NCBI GenBank assembly: GCA_965218795.1
Contig: OZ244653.1
Coordinates: 1,664,001-1,728,000, forward strand
Direction: 5' to 3'
Origin: a bacterium
Lineage (GTDB): Bacteria; UBA8248; JACPRG01; G963555815
Length of the DNA: 64,000 nucleotides
Shown here piece after piece: positions 50,501 through 59,601 of the stretch. Position 1 is the stretch's first letter; each line of letters begins with the position of its first letter. The notes under the pieces are model-generated. The model ran no database searches, was not told the DNA's origin, and saw only the letters and a program-made list of their open reading frames with translations. The position numbers and the translations under genes were made by a program.

Positions 50501-50649
50501 GCCACCGGGCGCGCTTCCCCGAGGCCCCCGATCTCGTCTACGCCAACGGCGACCACACCCTGAACGCAGTCAGACCGCCGGACGAGACCTGGACCGCCGA
50601 GACCATCGAGCCGGTATTTCGGGAATTGATGTTCGGGGGAGGGGAATGA
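47500..50649 (+). CDS. mod: Type III restriction-modification methyltransferase
   Basis: DLDFGLYRIM, DYFIHKDLGGFL, YIDPPYNTG, KNPKP, LDFLAGSGTT. Confidence 0.9.
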   Translation: MSGPTASRAGREGIQQAPQSGEKFDRLKALLREMFQLDRGDLDFGLYRIMSLKAGEIAAFLDDALLPQVKTTLAGIADDDRAALEKELEAALAAARDLGGIDPEKTEKVKGLRAQLAEARADAEAEADVCNHLANFFARYYDGGDFMSLRRYSGGGGSAYLIPYDGEEVKLHWANADQYYVKTTENYASYAFTVEEGRRVRFEIAAADNEKDNVKEADGKQRRFALAGGKGVVEGDDLVVRFEHRPLTESEKKNWPGNRQQGRMNEAAVERILNAVDPDWRALLAAPAPTEADPERTALAKHVERYTAKNSFDYFIHKDLGGFLRRELDLYLKTEVLNLDDLALGDAARLRRALARVRTVRRVAEKIIAFLAQLEDFQKRLWLKKKFALETQYCVTLDRAPETLYPEIAANAAQREEWVELFAIDEIAGDLGNGNAGYGEPLSVGFLKANPFLVLDTRHFDADFTDRLLAALSDAGPLDEQMDGLLVHGENFQVLNLLQARYAEQIQCVYIDPPYNTGSDGFIYRDQYQHSTWLTMLNNRLPITRRLLSTNGIFFSRIDEIEQPLLRLLLDNNFGGTNRIANMVWKGATDNNPTRIATEHEYLVWYAKELSNVSSVWKSSVVDAKNLLLEEWERLRRSYNKLSEIQTQYRRFIRHNREILSPLTHYDRIDEEGPYTGGRKVHNPGKEGYRYDVTHPKTGNPCVQPARGYRFPPDTMKRLLDQDKIIFGDDENQIIQIKEYLRDYDGGLKGLIELDGRVGANVLESLFGSREVFKNPKPVELLVNLLGFAAFPGQHVLDFLAGSGTTGHAVIDLNRQNGGRRKYILVEMGEHFDAVMLPRLKKVVHSPDWRAGKPVSRDGSTQFFKYVRLESYEDTLDGLELTPPVSAQQDLPARNPALAEDYRLRYALGVETVGSPCLLGKDFVDPLAYTLSVVRDGARREVPVDLPETFNWLIGLRVESRRRIDGVLAIAGADPEGRKCLILWRSLEETDNAALEAWFARHRARFPEAPDLVYANGDHTLNAVRPPDETWTAETIEPVFRELMFGGGE

Positions 50650-50725
50650 CGGCCATAGGCGCTCCCAATCCTGGAATATCGTCATGGGGCGTTCTTCCCA
50701 GGCCTGCCCGAGCGGACAGACGTTC

Positions 50726-50753
50726 TTGACACTGTAACATAACGTGTTACTAT
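50726..50753 (+). promoter_or_regulatory. higBA promoter with overlapping operator palindrome
   Basis: TTGACA-N16-TACTAT; GTAACA-TAACG-TGTTAC. Confidence 0.6.
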
Positions 50754-50758
50754 TCGAC

Positions 50759-51034
50759 ATGATCCAGAGCTTCCGGCACAAAGGTCTCGCCGAGTTGTTC
50801 GAACGGGGCCGCAGTCGTCATGTTCAGCCGAGTTTCCATGCGCGTTGCTTGCGTCGGCTGGAAGTTCTGGACCAGGCCGAATCGTTGGCTGACTTGCACG
50901 TCCCGGGATTTAATTTTCATGGTCTCCGCGGAGTGCCTCAACGCTACAGCATCCACGTCAACGGCCCGTTGTGCATCACGTTTGCATGGCAGGAGGGCGA
51001 GGCGCTGCTGGTCGATCTTGAACAATATCATTGA
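50759..51034 (+). CDS. higB: HigB toxin
   Basis: MIQSFRHKGL..FHGLRG..YSIHVNG..LEQYH. Confidence 0.9.
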   Translation: MIQSFRHKGLAELFERGRSRHVQPSFHARCLRRLEVLDQAESLADLHVPGFNFHGLRGVPQRYSIHVNGPLCITFAWQEGEALLVDLEQYH

Positions 51035-51046
51035 GGAGAAGAAGGA

Positions 51047-51391
51047 ATGACGGAACATCGCGTCAAACGCCCGTTCAAGCGTCCCGCGATTCATCCGGGA
51101 GAGGTCCTGCGCGAGGATGTTCTGCCGGCGCTGGACCTGTCGGCCAGCGAGGCGGCGAGACGGCTCGGGGTTTCGCGCCAGCACCTTCATCGGGTTCTGG
51201 CCTGCACGCATCCTGTCACGGTGGAAATGGCGCTGCGAGTCGGCAGGCTCGTTGGCAATGGTCCGGGGCTCTGGCTGAGGATGCAGCAGAATCACGATCT
51301 ATGGCATGCGGAACGGGGGTTGAAAAATGAACTCAAGAAGATAACGCCGGTCAAGACGCCCCCGTCTGCGTCAACAGCGACCACACCCTGA
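51047..51391 (+). CDS. higA: HigA antitoxin
   Basis: IHPGEVLREDVLP..VTVEMALR..WLRMQ. Confidence 0.9.
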   Translation: MTEHRVKRPFKRPAIHPGEVLREDVLPALDLSASEAARRLGVSRQHLHRVLACTHPVTVEMALRVGRLVGNGPGLWLRMQQNHDLWHAERGLKNELKKITPVKTPPSASTATTP

Positions 51392-51475
51392 ACGCGATCA
51401 GACCGCCGGACGAAACCTGGACTGCCGAGACCATCAAGCCGGTTTTCCGGGAGACGATGTTCGGGGGAGGAGGAT
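51372..51475 (+). pseudogene. Degenerate copy of the mod gene 3' end
   Basis: Closely matches 50543-50647 (DHTLNA..WTAETI..MFGG). Confidence 0.8.
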
Positions 51476-51476
51476 C

Positions 51477-52385
51477 ATGGCGCACGAAAAGGACGATGAT
51501 TTCTACAAGCTGACCTTCTCGCAGCGAGAAGGCAAAACCCCGCTCCCCGAGCCTATGCGATTGGAGCATATTCCATAGAAATTCAGACAGGCAGTATGGT
51601 TGTTGATAGGGAATAAAATTGCTGCCGAATCGGACATGTCTTACGGTCGTTTCTGGAATGGACCTTATAATAATATGGATGTTATTATTCATTCATACGA
51701 ATTTCAAATCCTTGATAAGTGTCATGATGACAGAGGATATTGCGGACCAGAAGAATCCGCCGAATTTTTTAAGAAATGGATACGTGATGGGGATTACCAC
51801 GAAGTCCTGACATTGATTGAATTCATCCTGCGGCATGAATGCTGTTCGGAAAACCTGCGCCGGGGCTTGGTTGACGACTTTGATAGTGCTCCAATCGCTT
51901 ATTTCGTGGACGACAAAAACGGACGTCCCACTATTATGCCGCGGTTCAGCCGTGAAGCCGGTGAGGCGACGCAACAGGCAATCGAGACGCTCCGCGAAAG
52001 CAACATGGACCCAGCGGCGACGCATCTGCGCCAAGCGGCGGAGCATATCAATGCGCAGCAATATGCGGATTCGATTACTGACAGCATCGGCGCTGTTGAA
52101 TCTGTTGCTCGTCGAATCGCTCCAAACTCGAACACGCTCGGCGACGCGCTGAAAGCCCTTGAGAGAAAAGGGCTACTCTCCAATCAGCAGCTTAAAGCCG
52201 GGTTCGAGAAAATTTACGCCTATACCAACAGCGAAGAAGGTGTCCGTCATGCACAAGTGTTCAAAGACTCGCTGGATGTCGGCCTGAACGAGGCCGTGTT
52301 CATGTTCGGGGCGTGCGCGTCCTTCGCGGCCTACCTTGCCGACAAGCACCGGCAGGCCGAAGGGCGGGAGGCCGACGCTGAATGA
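51477..52385 (+). pseudogene. AbiJ-like abortive infection protein with an in-frame amber stop at codon 34
   Basis: LTFSQREG..PLP N-terminus, TAG at 51576-51578; C-terminal SIGAVES..TLGDAL..YAYTNSEEGVRHA (HEPN-like). Confidence 0.65.
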
Positions 52386-55300
52386 CGGCACTTACGAACC
52401 GCCTCGTCCTGCACCGCTTCATGTGCCGTGAGTTCGGTTATCGCGATCTGCCGGATATGCTCGACCGACTCCGCGATCTGGCGCCAAGCCGCGAAGGGGC
52501 GAACGAGAGCGCGTACGTCCAGGCCCTTGCCCTCTACATGAACCTCGCCCACGCCAAGGTCACCCCGGAACAGCTTGCCGAATACGACGCCAACGTCGCC
52601 GCGCACAGCCGCCGGCTGCGCATGACGGGAGAGCGCGGCCGGACCTGGAAGCCCCATCAATACCTCGCTTTGCTCTTCACCGAGCATTACTTCAACCGTT
52701 ATTTCGACGACGCCGAAAAGCTGCGCATCGACCTGAACGAGGCGAAGCGCCAGGACCCGCTGACCCGCGCTATGCCGGACTACGCGCCGGACGACCTGCG
52801 CACCGTCGCCTTCCAGAGCGCGACGGGTTCCGGCAAGACGCTCATCATGCACGCCCACGTTCTCCAATTCCAACACTACGTGAACCGGGCCGGCGGGCGG
52901 CTCAACAACGTCGTCCTGCTGACGCCGAACGAGCAGATGTCGGGACAGCACGAGCGCGAGTTGCGGGAAAGCGGGCTGCACGCGCGGCTGTTCTCCAGCG
53001 AGGCCGGGGCGGACCTGCTCGCGCCCATAGAGATCATCGACCTGAACAAGCTGGCCGAGAAGAAGGGCGTGAAGCGCGTCGCGGTGAGCGATTTCGGCGA
53101 GAACAACCTGGTGCTGGTGGACGAGGGGCACCTGGGCGCATCGGGCAAGGTGTGGCGCGAGCGCCGCAAGGAATTGTCACGCGGCGGCTTCACATTCGAG
53201 TATTCCGCGACCTTCAACCAGGTGGTAGAGAAGGACCGCGGCCTGCTGGACGCCTACGGCAAATGCCTGCTGTTCGATTACGCCTATGGCCGGTTTCACA
53301 AAGACGGCTACGGCAAGGACTACGCCATCTCGAACCTGCCGGGTGGAATGGAGGACGCGAACAGCAACATGTACCTGCTCGGCTGCCTGCTGACTTTCTA
53401 CCAGCAATGCCGCATCTGGCGGGGACAAGGCGCGGGCTGGCTGGAATTCAACGTCACCAGGCCGCTGTGGGTGTTTCTGGGCAAGACCGTCACCGGCTCC
53501 GGCAAGGCGGACACGGCGACAAAATCCGACGTCGTCCTCATCCTGGACTTCCTCGGCTGGGCGCTGGCGCATGGCAACGCGGCGCGGTCCATGATTGACA
53601 GCCTGCTGGCCGGCCGGTCCGGCCTGCCCGACGAGGCGGGCAGGGACTACTTCGCCGGCCGGTTCGACTATCTCAATCGAATCCCGCAGGGCGACCTCTA
53701 CGCCGATATGTGCGAAGCCCTGTTCCACGGACAGGGAAAGCTGCACGTCGTCTACCTGACCGCCGGAGAAGGCGAACTGCACCTGCGCAGCGCGGACAAT
53801 CCCGTGTTCGGCGTGGTCAATATCGGCGATTCGGCGGCGCTCTACAATATGCTCACCGAGAACGCCAATCCCGATCTCGCGGTCGAACGGGAAGCGGGCT
53901 TCGCCGAACGGCTGTTCGCCGGCGTGGACCGGACGGATTCGACCGTGAACGTCGTGATCGGCGCGCGGCGCTTCATCGCCGGCTGGAACTCCTGGCGCGT
54001 GAGCACGATGGGGCTGATGCACGTCGGCGTCGGCGAAGGACCGGAGATCATCCAGATGTTCGGGCGCGGCGTGCGTCTGAAGGGCTGGAAAACGAGCCTG
54101 AAGCGCCACCGGAAAAGTGGGGCGGAACCCCCGAAAGACAGCGCCGACCTCGCAGAACTGGAAACCCTGCACATCTTCGGGCTGCGCGCCAACTACATGC
54201 AGACCTTCCGCGACTTGCTGGAAAAGGAAGGAGTACGCATAGAGCAGGAAACGATTGCATTGCCCGTTACCTGGAACTTCGGAAAGAAAACGGACCTGAA
54301 ACTGATCCGTCTCATGGGTGATCTGAGGTATGAACGCTCCGAGGCGCGCGTGACGCTCCCGGACCCCGGCGATACGGATAGCCCCTTCATAACGCTCGAT
54401 TTGTACTCGCAGCTTCAATCCGCGGCATCCGGCGAAGTAGCTTCCGCCGCCTCCCCGCATAAGACGCCGGTGAGACTTGAGCCGCGCCACACCGCTTTTT
54501 TCAACCCAACCCATATGTATGACAAGCTGCTGAGGCGGAAACGGCAGAACGGTTGGCACAATCTGAACATCGAACCGGAGACTGTCGAGCGCCTTTTGCG
54601 AAATACGGACTGGTATGACCTGTACATGCCGCCGGAACGGCTGCCCGTGACCGATTTTCGGAACATGAAGGATCTGGAGGATATCGCCGTCGATCTCATC
54701 GCCGAATACGCCGACCGGTTCTGGCGCAAGAAGCGCAGGCAATGGGAGCACGGCAGGCTCGATGTGGCGGCGCTGGACGAGAACGACCCGAACAATATCG
54801 GGGAGTATCGGCTGTCGGTGGACGCGCGGGAGACGCAGTTGGTCGATGACGTTCGCGAACTCGCGTCGCACCTCCGGGAGGGCCGCATCCATCACCTGGA
54901 ACTCGCCGTCATCAAGACCGACGCCCACGCCTACAAGCCGCTCCTGCACGCGGACAAGGATTGCAAGGTCACCATCCAGCCTGTCGCTCTGGACGAAAAC
55001 GAAAAGACCGTTGTCGAGAAACTGGCCGAACTGGCCGAGAGCGGCGACCTCTGCCTGCGCGGCCGGGAACTGTTCCTGATCCGCAATCTGCCGCGCGGCC
55101 GGGGCTTGTCGTTCTTCGACGATTTCGCCTACTACCCCGACTTCATCGTCTGGCTGAAGGACGGCGGCCGCCAGGATGTCGTCTTCCTCGATCCCAAGGG
55201 CCTGGCGCGGTACGGCCCGCGAGAACGCGACAAGGTGCAGCTGCATGACGAGATCAAGGAAATCGAGGCTCAGGTGCGCAACACCGACCCGAACCTGCGC

Positions 55301-55459
55301 CTGCACGCCTACGTCCTGTCCGTCACGCCGCCCGACCAGATCGGCGGCGAGTCCCGTCCGAAATCCGAATGGGAGCAGGCCGGCGTTTACTTCCTGCAAG
55401 ACCCGGACTGCCTGAACAATCTTATCGGGGATGTCCTTGAGGCGCCGCCGGCCGATTGA
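52382..55459 (+). CDS. res: Type III restriction endonuclease (Res) helicase/nuclease
   Basis: ATGSGKT, VDEGH, YSAT, QMFGRGVRL, YPDFIVW..LDPKG. Confidence 0.9.
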   Translation: MTALTNRLVLHRFMCREFGYRDLPDMLDRLRDLAPSREGANESAYVQALALYMNLAHAKVTPEQLAEYDANVAAHSRRLRMTGERGRTWKPHQYLALLFTEHYFNRYFDDAEKLRIDLNEAKRQDPLTRAMPDYAPDDLRTVAFQSATGSGKTLIMHAHVLQFQHYVNRAGGRLNNVVLLTPNEQMSGQHERELRESGLHARLFSSEAGADLLAPIEIIDLNKLAEKKGVKRVAVSDFGENNLVLVDEGHLGASGKVWRERRKELSRGGFTFEYSATFNQVVEKDRGLLDAYGKCLLFDYAYGRFHKDGYGKDYAISNLPGGMEDANSNMYLLGCLLTFYQQCRIWRGQGAGWLEFNVTRPLWVFLGKTVTGSGKADTATKSDVVLILDFLGWALAHGNAARSMIDSLLAGRSGLPDEAGRDYFAGRFDYLNRIPQGDLYADMCEALFHGQGKLHVVYLTAGEGELHLRSADNPVFGVVNIGDSAALYNMLTENANPDLAVEREAGFAERLFAGVDRTDSTVNVVIGARRFIAGWNSWRVSTMGLMHVGVGEGPEIIQMFGRGVRLKGWKTSLKRHRKSGAEPPKDSADLAELETLHIFGLRANYMQTFRDLLEKEGVRIEQETIALPVTWNFGKKTDLKLIRLMGDLRYERSEARVTLPDPGDTDSPFITLDLYSQLQSAASGEVASAASPHKTPVRLEPRHTAFFNPTHMYDKLLRRKRQNGWHNLNIEPETVERLLRNTDWYDLYMPPERLPVTDFRNMKDLEDIAVDLIAEYADRFWRKKRRQWEHGRLDVAALDENDPNNIGEYRLSVDARETQLVDDVRELASHLREGRIHHLELAVIKTDAHAYKPLLHADKDCKVTIQPVALDENEKTVVEKLAELAESGDLCLRGRELFLIRNLPRGRGLSFFDDFAYYPDFIVWLKDGGRQDVVFLDPKGLARYGPRERDKVQLHDEIKEIEAQVRNTDPNLRLHAYVLSVTPPDQIGGESRPKSEWEQAGVYFLQDPDCLNNLIGDVLEAPPAD

Positions 55460-55587
55460 CCTTGCCCCGGATGGTCACTCGTCCAGCACGGACCGGCAGA
55501 AGTTCCATCGCGCCGCCGTATCATGACGGCGCCAGCCAGTCACAAATCCCATCATTCCCGAAACGAAAGGGGTTGCCCTCTTCGACT

Positions 55588-56430
55588 TCACCGCTCGATG
55601 GGCATGCCCACCATGCTGCCCCACTCGGTCCAGGAACCATCGTAGCTTTTCACGCTCGGGTAACCCAACAGGCACTTCAAGACGAACCAGACCAGAGAGG
55701 CCCGGTGGCTCATGCGGCAATAGACGATAATGTCCCTGCCCGGCGCGGCCCCGATGGATTCCAGCCGCGCCCGGAGCTCGTCGATGGGAAGAAACGTATC
55801 ATCCTCCCGGACCAGTTCCGCCCAATGCAGATGAACGGCCCCCGGAATGCGTCCGGCGCGTTCAGCCCCATGGTCCGGCATCCCCGGAGGCGCCACCCGC
55901 TCTCCCCTGTACTCCTCGATGGCCCGGACGTCCAACAGAAAATGACTGGAATCCGGCAAACCGGCCAGGATCTCCTCCCGCGTCGCGCGGATGCCTTCAT
56001 CGGCCGGGCCGGGTTGATAATCCACGGGCGAGGGCGAGGGAACCTCATCGGTCAAGGGACGGCCCTCCGCGGTCCACTTCGTCCGTCCACCATGCAGGAG
56101 CCGGACATCCGGATGCCCCCGCAGCTTCAAGACAAAAAGGGCATAGGTCGCAAACCGGCTGGAATCGCCATAGAGAATCACCGTCGTGTCATTCGAGATC
56201 CCCGTCCTGCCCATGAGGTCGGAAAAGGCTTCGCCCTCGATGAACTCCCGGTTCGCGGGGTGCCACAGGTCCTCTTTCCACCGCCAGCTGAGCGCTCCCG
56301 GGATATGGCCCTGTTCGTACCCGTCCGCCGGGTCCCAATCGACTTCGATGACTCGGAGGTTCGGGTCTTCCAGACGCCCGGCCAGCCGGTCGGTCTCAAT
56401 CAAACGGGAATTCTCTGCCTCTTTCATCAT
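55588..56430 (-). CDS. Two-domain rhodanese sulfurtransferase
   Basis: GHIPGA, LLDVR..EY.GE, IVYCR, YDGSWTEW. Confidence 0.9.
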   Translation of the reverse strand: MMKEAENSRLIETDRLAGRLEDPNLRVIEVDWDPADGYEQGHIPGALSWRWKEDLWHPANREFIEGEAFSDLMGRTGISNDTTVILYGDSSRFATYALFVLKLRGHPDVRLLHGGRTKWTAEGRPLTDEVPSPSPVDYQPGPADEGIRATREEILAGLPDSSHFLLDVRAIEEYRGERVAPPGMPDHGAERAGRIPGAVHLHWAELVREDDTFLPIDELRARLESIGAAPGRDIIVYCRMSHRASLVWFVLKCLLGYPSVKSYDGSWTEWGSMVGMPIER

Positions 56431-56464
56431 CGACTGCTCATCTTCCTCATGCCTCTATCGCGCG

Positions 56465-56938
56465 CTACACCATGTTCAGCCCCAGCGAATAGGCGTAACC
56501 GGAAAGCAGGAGATTCACAATGGTTCCGGTATGCAGTCTTCGAAGGGTCTTGAGCTGGTCCTCCATCGGCATCTCGAATTGCCGAAGCTCGAGGGGCGCG
56601 TTGGCCCGCGTCACCTTCAACCCGACACCGAAGAACATATGGGCGCTGTACAAGGCGATCAGGAAGAAGATCAGCAGCTTCTGGCCCAGGCTGTGGAACA
56701 TGACCTCGAAGAACTGGACCCCGATCCGGACCTTCAGCTCGGTGATCAGCATCGCGCCGGTCATCAGGATGATGCCGAGGAGGACAAGGATGACCGGGTG
56801 GTAAATCACCAATACCCTGGAGAACCTTCCCATGCATTCCTCCGGGGGCAATCGCTTCAGAAAGGGTACCCCAATGGCCATGAGGAGCAGACACAATCCG
56901 TAAACCGTTGCGGACCAGTAGTGAATTTGCAGAAGCAT
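56465..56938 (-). CDS. 4-TM membrane protein (CopD-like)
   Basis: Hydrophobic segments, IILMTG, LGQKL. Confidence 0.55.
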   Translation of the reverse strand: MLLQIHYWSATVYGLCLLLMAIGVPFLKRLPPEECMGRFSRVLVIYHPVILVLLGIILMTGAMLITELKVRIGVQFFEVMFHSLGQKLLIFFLIALYSAHMFFGVGLKVTRANAPLELRQFEMPMEDQLKTLRRLHTGTIVNLLLSGYAYSLGLNMV

Positions 56939-57151
56939 CCCATTTCCTTCGAGATTGACTGATCCGCTTGCGACGCAATCCGGATCAGAGTTTAGCCGAG
57001 ATGAATCCGGAGGGGAAAGCAACAGGGCCCGATTCGTCCTGGGTTCATCCATCGAACGATATTCAAAGCGGTCCTCGCCGCGCTCTCCATTGGACAGGGT
57101 TGACACGGGGAAGAATGGCAAGGCGGGACTCTGCCCTGTCACCCCCGGGAT

Positions 57152-57958
57152 TCAGCGGGCCGGTTCTTCCCTGGACCGTTCCGCCATCTCCACCATTTCC
57201 CGGCGGGCATCCCCGGGCGTCTCAATCGGATTGGAGAACGCAAGGCGAATCGGCCGCCAGCCTTTTTCCGTTTCAGCCGACATCTCGAAACCGTAGCGAT
57301 CGACCCCCGTCATCACCGCGGCCTTTGCATCGACGGCCTTTGAAAAGGCCCGGCAATATCCGACCATCGCATCGGCGTGATCGGCATTCATGTGATCGAT
57401 GATCGCCTTGGCGTGCGCACCAATGGGATCCGCGCGGCTGCCGAACCAGTCTTCCTTCGTCACCCAGGACATCCGCCCATACCCTCCGATGTAGCGGACG
57501 GATTCCACGCGAAGCTTCCAAAAGGAGAAATCCTTATAATCCACATAGAATTTCGCACTGGGGTGGATCTCCAGGAAGGCGCCCCGGGCGGACTCCCGTT
57601 CCACATCGGCGGACATCGGGGAACAATCCCCGATCAGCGTGACGCGCCCATTGGCCAGCGGGTCCTCTTGTTCATTTTCGGCCACCAAAAGAGAACTGCG
57701 CACATCAGCCCTGAGGTTCCGGGTGTGCTCCGCCAAGTCGCTGATCAGGAACACGGCGTGACCCTCGTCCAGCGCAAAGGTCACGAACGAGCCGTAGGGA
57801 TAGCCCTCGGGTTCTCTCGCCATCGTGCAGAGGGTTCCGGTTTTCTGAGAAGCCGTCAGGGTGCTCGCCCGCTCACCGTGCGTCGGCGCGGGCACGTCCG
57901 GGTCGTATAACAGCCCTTCCGGTTCGCCGCCGGGTCTGGCGTGCGCCCCTTCCGTCAT
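57152..57958 (-). CDS. HugZ-like PNPOx-family protein with DUF2470
   Basis: GYPYGS, ISDLAEHTRNL, RYIGGYG, IIDHMNADH, GVDRYG. Confidence 0.85.
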   Translation of the reverse strand: MTEGAHARPGGEPEGLLYDPDVPAPTHGERASTLTASQKTGTLCTMAREPEGYPYGSFVTFALDEGHAVFLISDLAEHTRNLRADVRSSLLVAENEQEDPLANGRVTLIGDCSPMSADVERESARGAFLEIHPSAKFYVDYKDFSFWKLRVESVRYIGGYGRMSWVTKEDWFGSRADPIGAHAKAIIDHMNADHADAMVGYCRAFSKAVDAKAAVMTGVDRYGFEMSAETEKGWRPIRLAFSNPIETPGDARREMVEMAERSREEPAR

Positions 57959-58100
57959 GACGACAACCCCATTCTCAAAGGAGGACCTGCTTCATGCCTT
58001 CCTTGAACCAACCCAATCCATCTCCGCTGACATGGTTCATATGGTACACTCAAAACCAGTCCGCAAGTCACAAGATGCTGTCTCAAAGAGGAGAATTCCA

Positions 58101-58439
58101 TTGAATGTGGAAGCGCTGATCACCCGGTTTCCGGAGATCAAGGAAGACCTGTTGGGGGAGCCGCTCCTCGCGCGATTCGCGGAAACCTTCGGGGATCAAC
58201 TGGCGGTTGCCGTGCCGCCCGCCCCCTGCTCCACGGATTATGAAGCCGCCAATCACTACTACCTCAAGCTGATGAACCCGATTGCCTTCTATCGCCTGGG
58301 TCTCAGCACGCGGGAGAAAGTCCTACAACATATTCAGTCCCTGCTGGACAAGTACGACGCGGACCCCGAAGGGTTGATCGCCTCCCTGACGCCCGAAAAC
58401 GCCGCCGCCCGCGAAGCGCGGGGGCCGGGCTGCGAATAG
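58101..58439 (+). CDS. Hypothetical protein
   Basis: TTG start after GAGGAG; protein-like composition. Confidence 0.55.
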   Translation: MNVEALITRFPEIKEDLLGEPLLARFAETFGDQLAVAVPPAPCSTDYEAANHYYLKLMNPIAFYRLGLSTREKVLQHIQSLLDKYDADPEGLIASLTPENAAAREARGPGCE

Positions 58440-58789
58440 CGGCTCATTCAATCGCCATTTCCAATCGCCGTTCCGATGATCCTGAACCATGTATTTTTAT
58501 TTTCACATGATTAACTTTTCACTCGAAAACACTCAACGGAATCACGTGATGGGTCACCATCCATCTCAGGCAGGGGCCTCATCGATTCCCTCCCGTGGAT
58601 TCCCGGTTCAAACCTTCGGGAATGCCCCCGCCTGGGACACGCCGGGGGCAGGCTCGTCGAGGCTCGGCGGGGACCTGCCCGTCATTCCCGCGCAGCCCGC
58701 CGCTTGTCATCCCTGGGCAAGCAGGAATCCCCCCTCCCCACTCATGGGATTCCAACAAGCGGCTAACCGCCTCGATGGGCCGTCTTCGA

Positions 58790-59557
58790 CTATCCGACCC
58801 GGCCGATGACAGGGAGCTTCAGGGCGGGAGGGTTCAGATCCAAACCCAGGGTCAGGCCCAGAACATTCAGCTCGAACCCCTCCTCGATCCCCACGGTGAA
58901 CCCGAGCAAACCCCCGAGGGAGACCTGGAAGCCCCAGCCGTTCGGGGTTCGGGCCCACCAGGATTCGTTCAGCAGATAATCCTTGCCCACGGCAGTCGGG
59001 GGAAGCTCCGCTTTGAGCTCGGGAACCTCCCGGACGACAAAGGCCATAAACGTGTTGCTGTTCGGACCCGGCCAAACTTGATACAGATGCGGGTAGCGCT
59101 TGACCGCGTCCTGGACCTTCGGAATGGCCTCCTCCGCCGCCTTGCCCCTTAATTCGTAAACCATATCTGGGTCCGCGCCATGCCACTGCCGATCCGGATG
59201 GATGACTTCTCGCACCCGCATGGGATGTTCCTCGGGGTAGGGCCACCAGCCCATCACCTGCAAGATCGTATACATCGGAGCGCCTTTCGTCTTGAAGGCG
59301 ATCCAGGTGTGAACCGCAAAGACGGCCCTCCACCGGTAGGCTCGTGCGGCATAAATCTGAACCAGCGCATCTTCCGTTGTCCGAGGGTCGGGCGCGACCC
59401 CGATGCTCTTATCGCAGCCGAAGCAGCGGGCGCTTCCCAGGCGCGCTTGCCGGCACCCTTCAATCGAGCAAACGGCCATGAACAAGAAGACCAGCAGGAC
59501 GGCAACCCGCCCTCCCCGATTCGAAATTCGTCTCGCGGATCGGCTCTTTTCCTTCAA
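58790..59557 (-). CDS. DUF3750-like protein
   Basis: QIYAARA..FAVHTWI, WPGPNSNTF, LPPTAVGKDY, EEGFELNVLGL. Confidence 0.8.
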   Translation of the reverse strand: MKEKSRSARRISNRGGRVAVLLVFLFMAVCSIEGCRQARLGSARCFGCDKSIGVAPDPRTTEDALVQIYAARAYRWRAVFAVHTWIAFKTKGAPMYTILQVMGWWPYPEEHPMRVREVIHPDRQWHGADPDMVYELRGKAAEEAIPKVQDAVKRYPHLYQVWPGPNSNTFMAFVVREVPELKAELPPTAVGKDYLLNESWWARTPNGWGFQVSLGGLLGFTVGIEEGFELNVLGLTLGLDLNPPALKLPVIGRVG

Positions 59558-59601
59558 GGTTTCCGCGCCTCTTCCTGGTTAGACGGTCCAACCCGGAGAA
59601 A

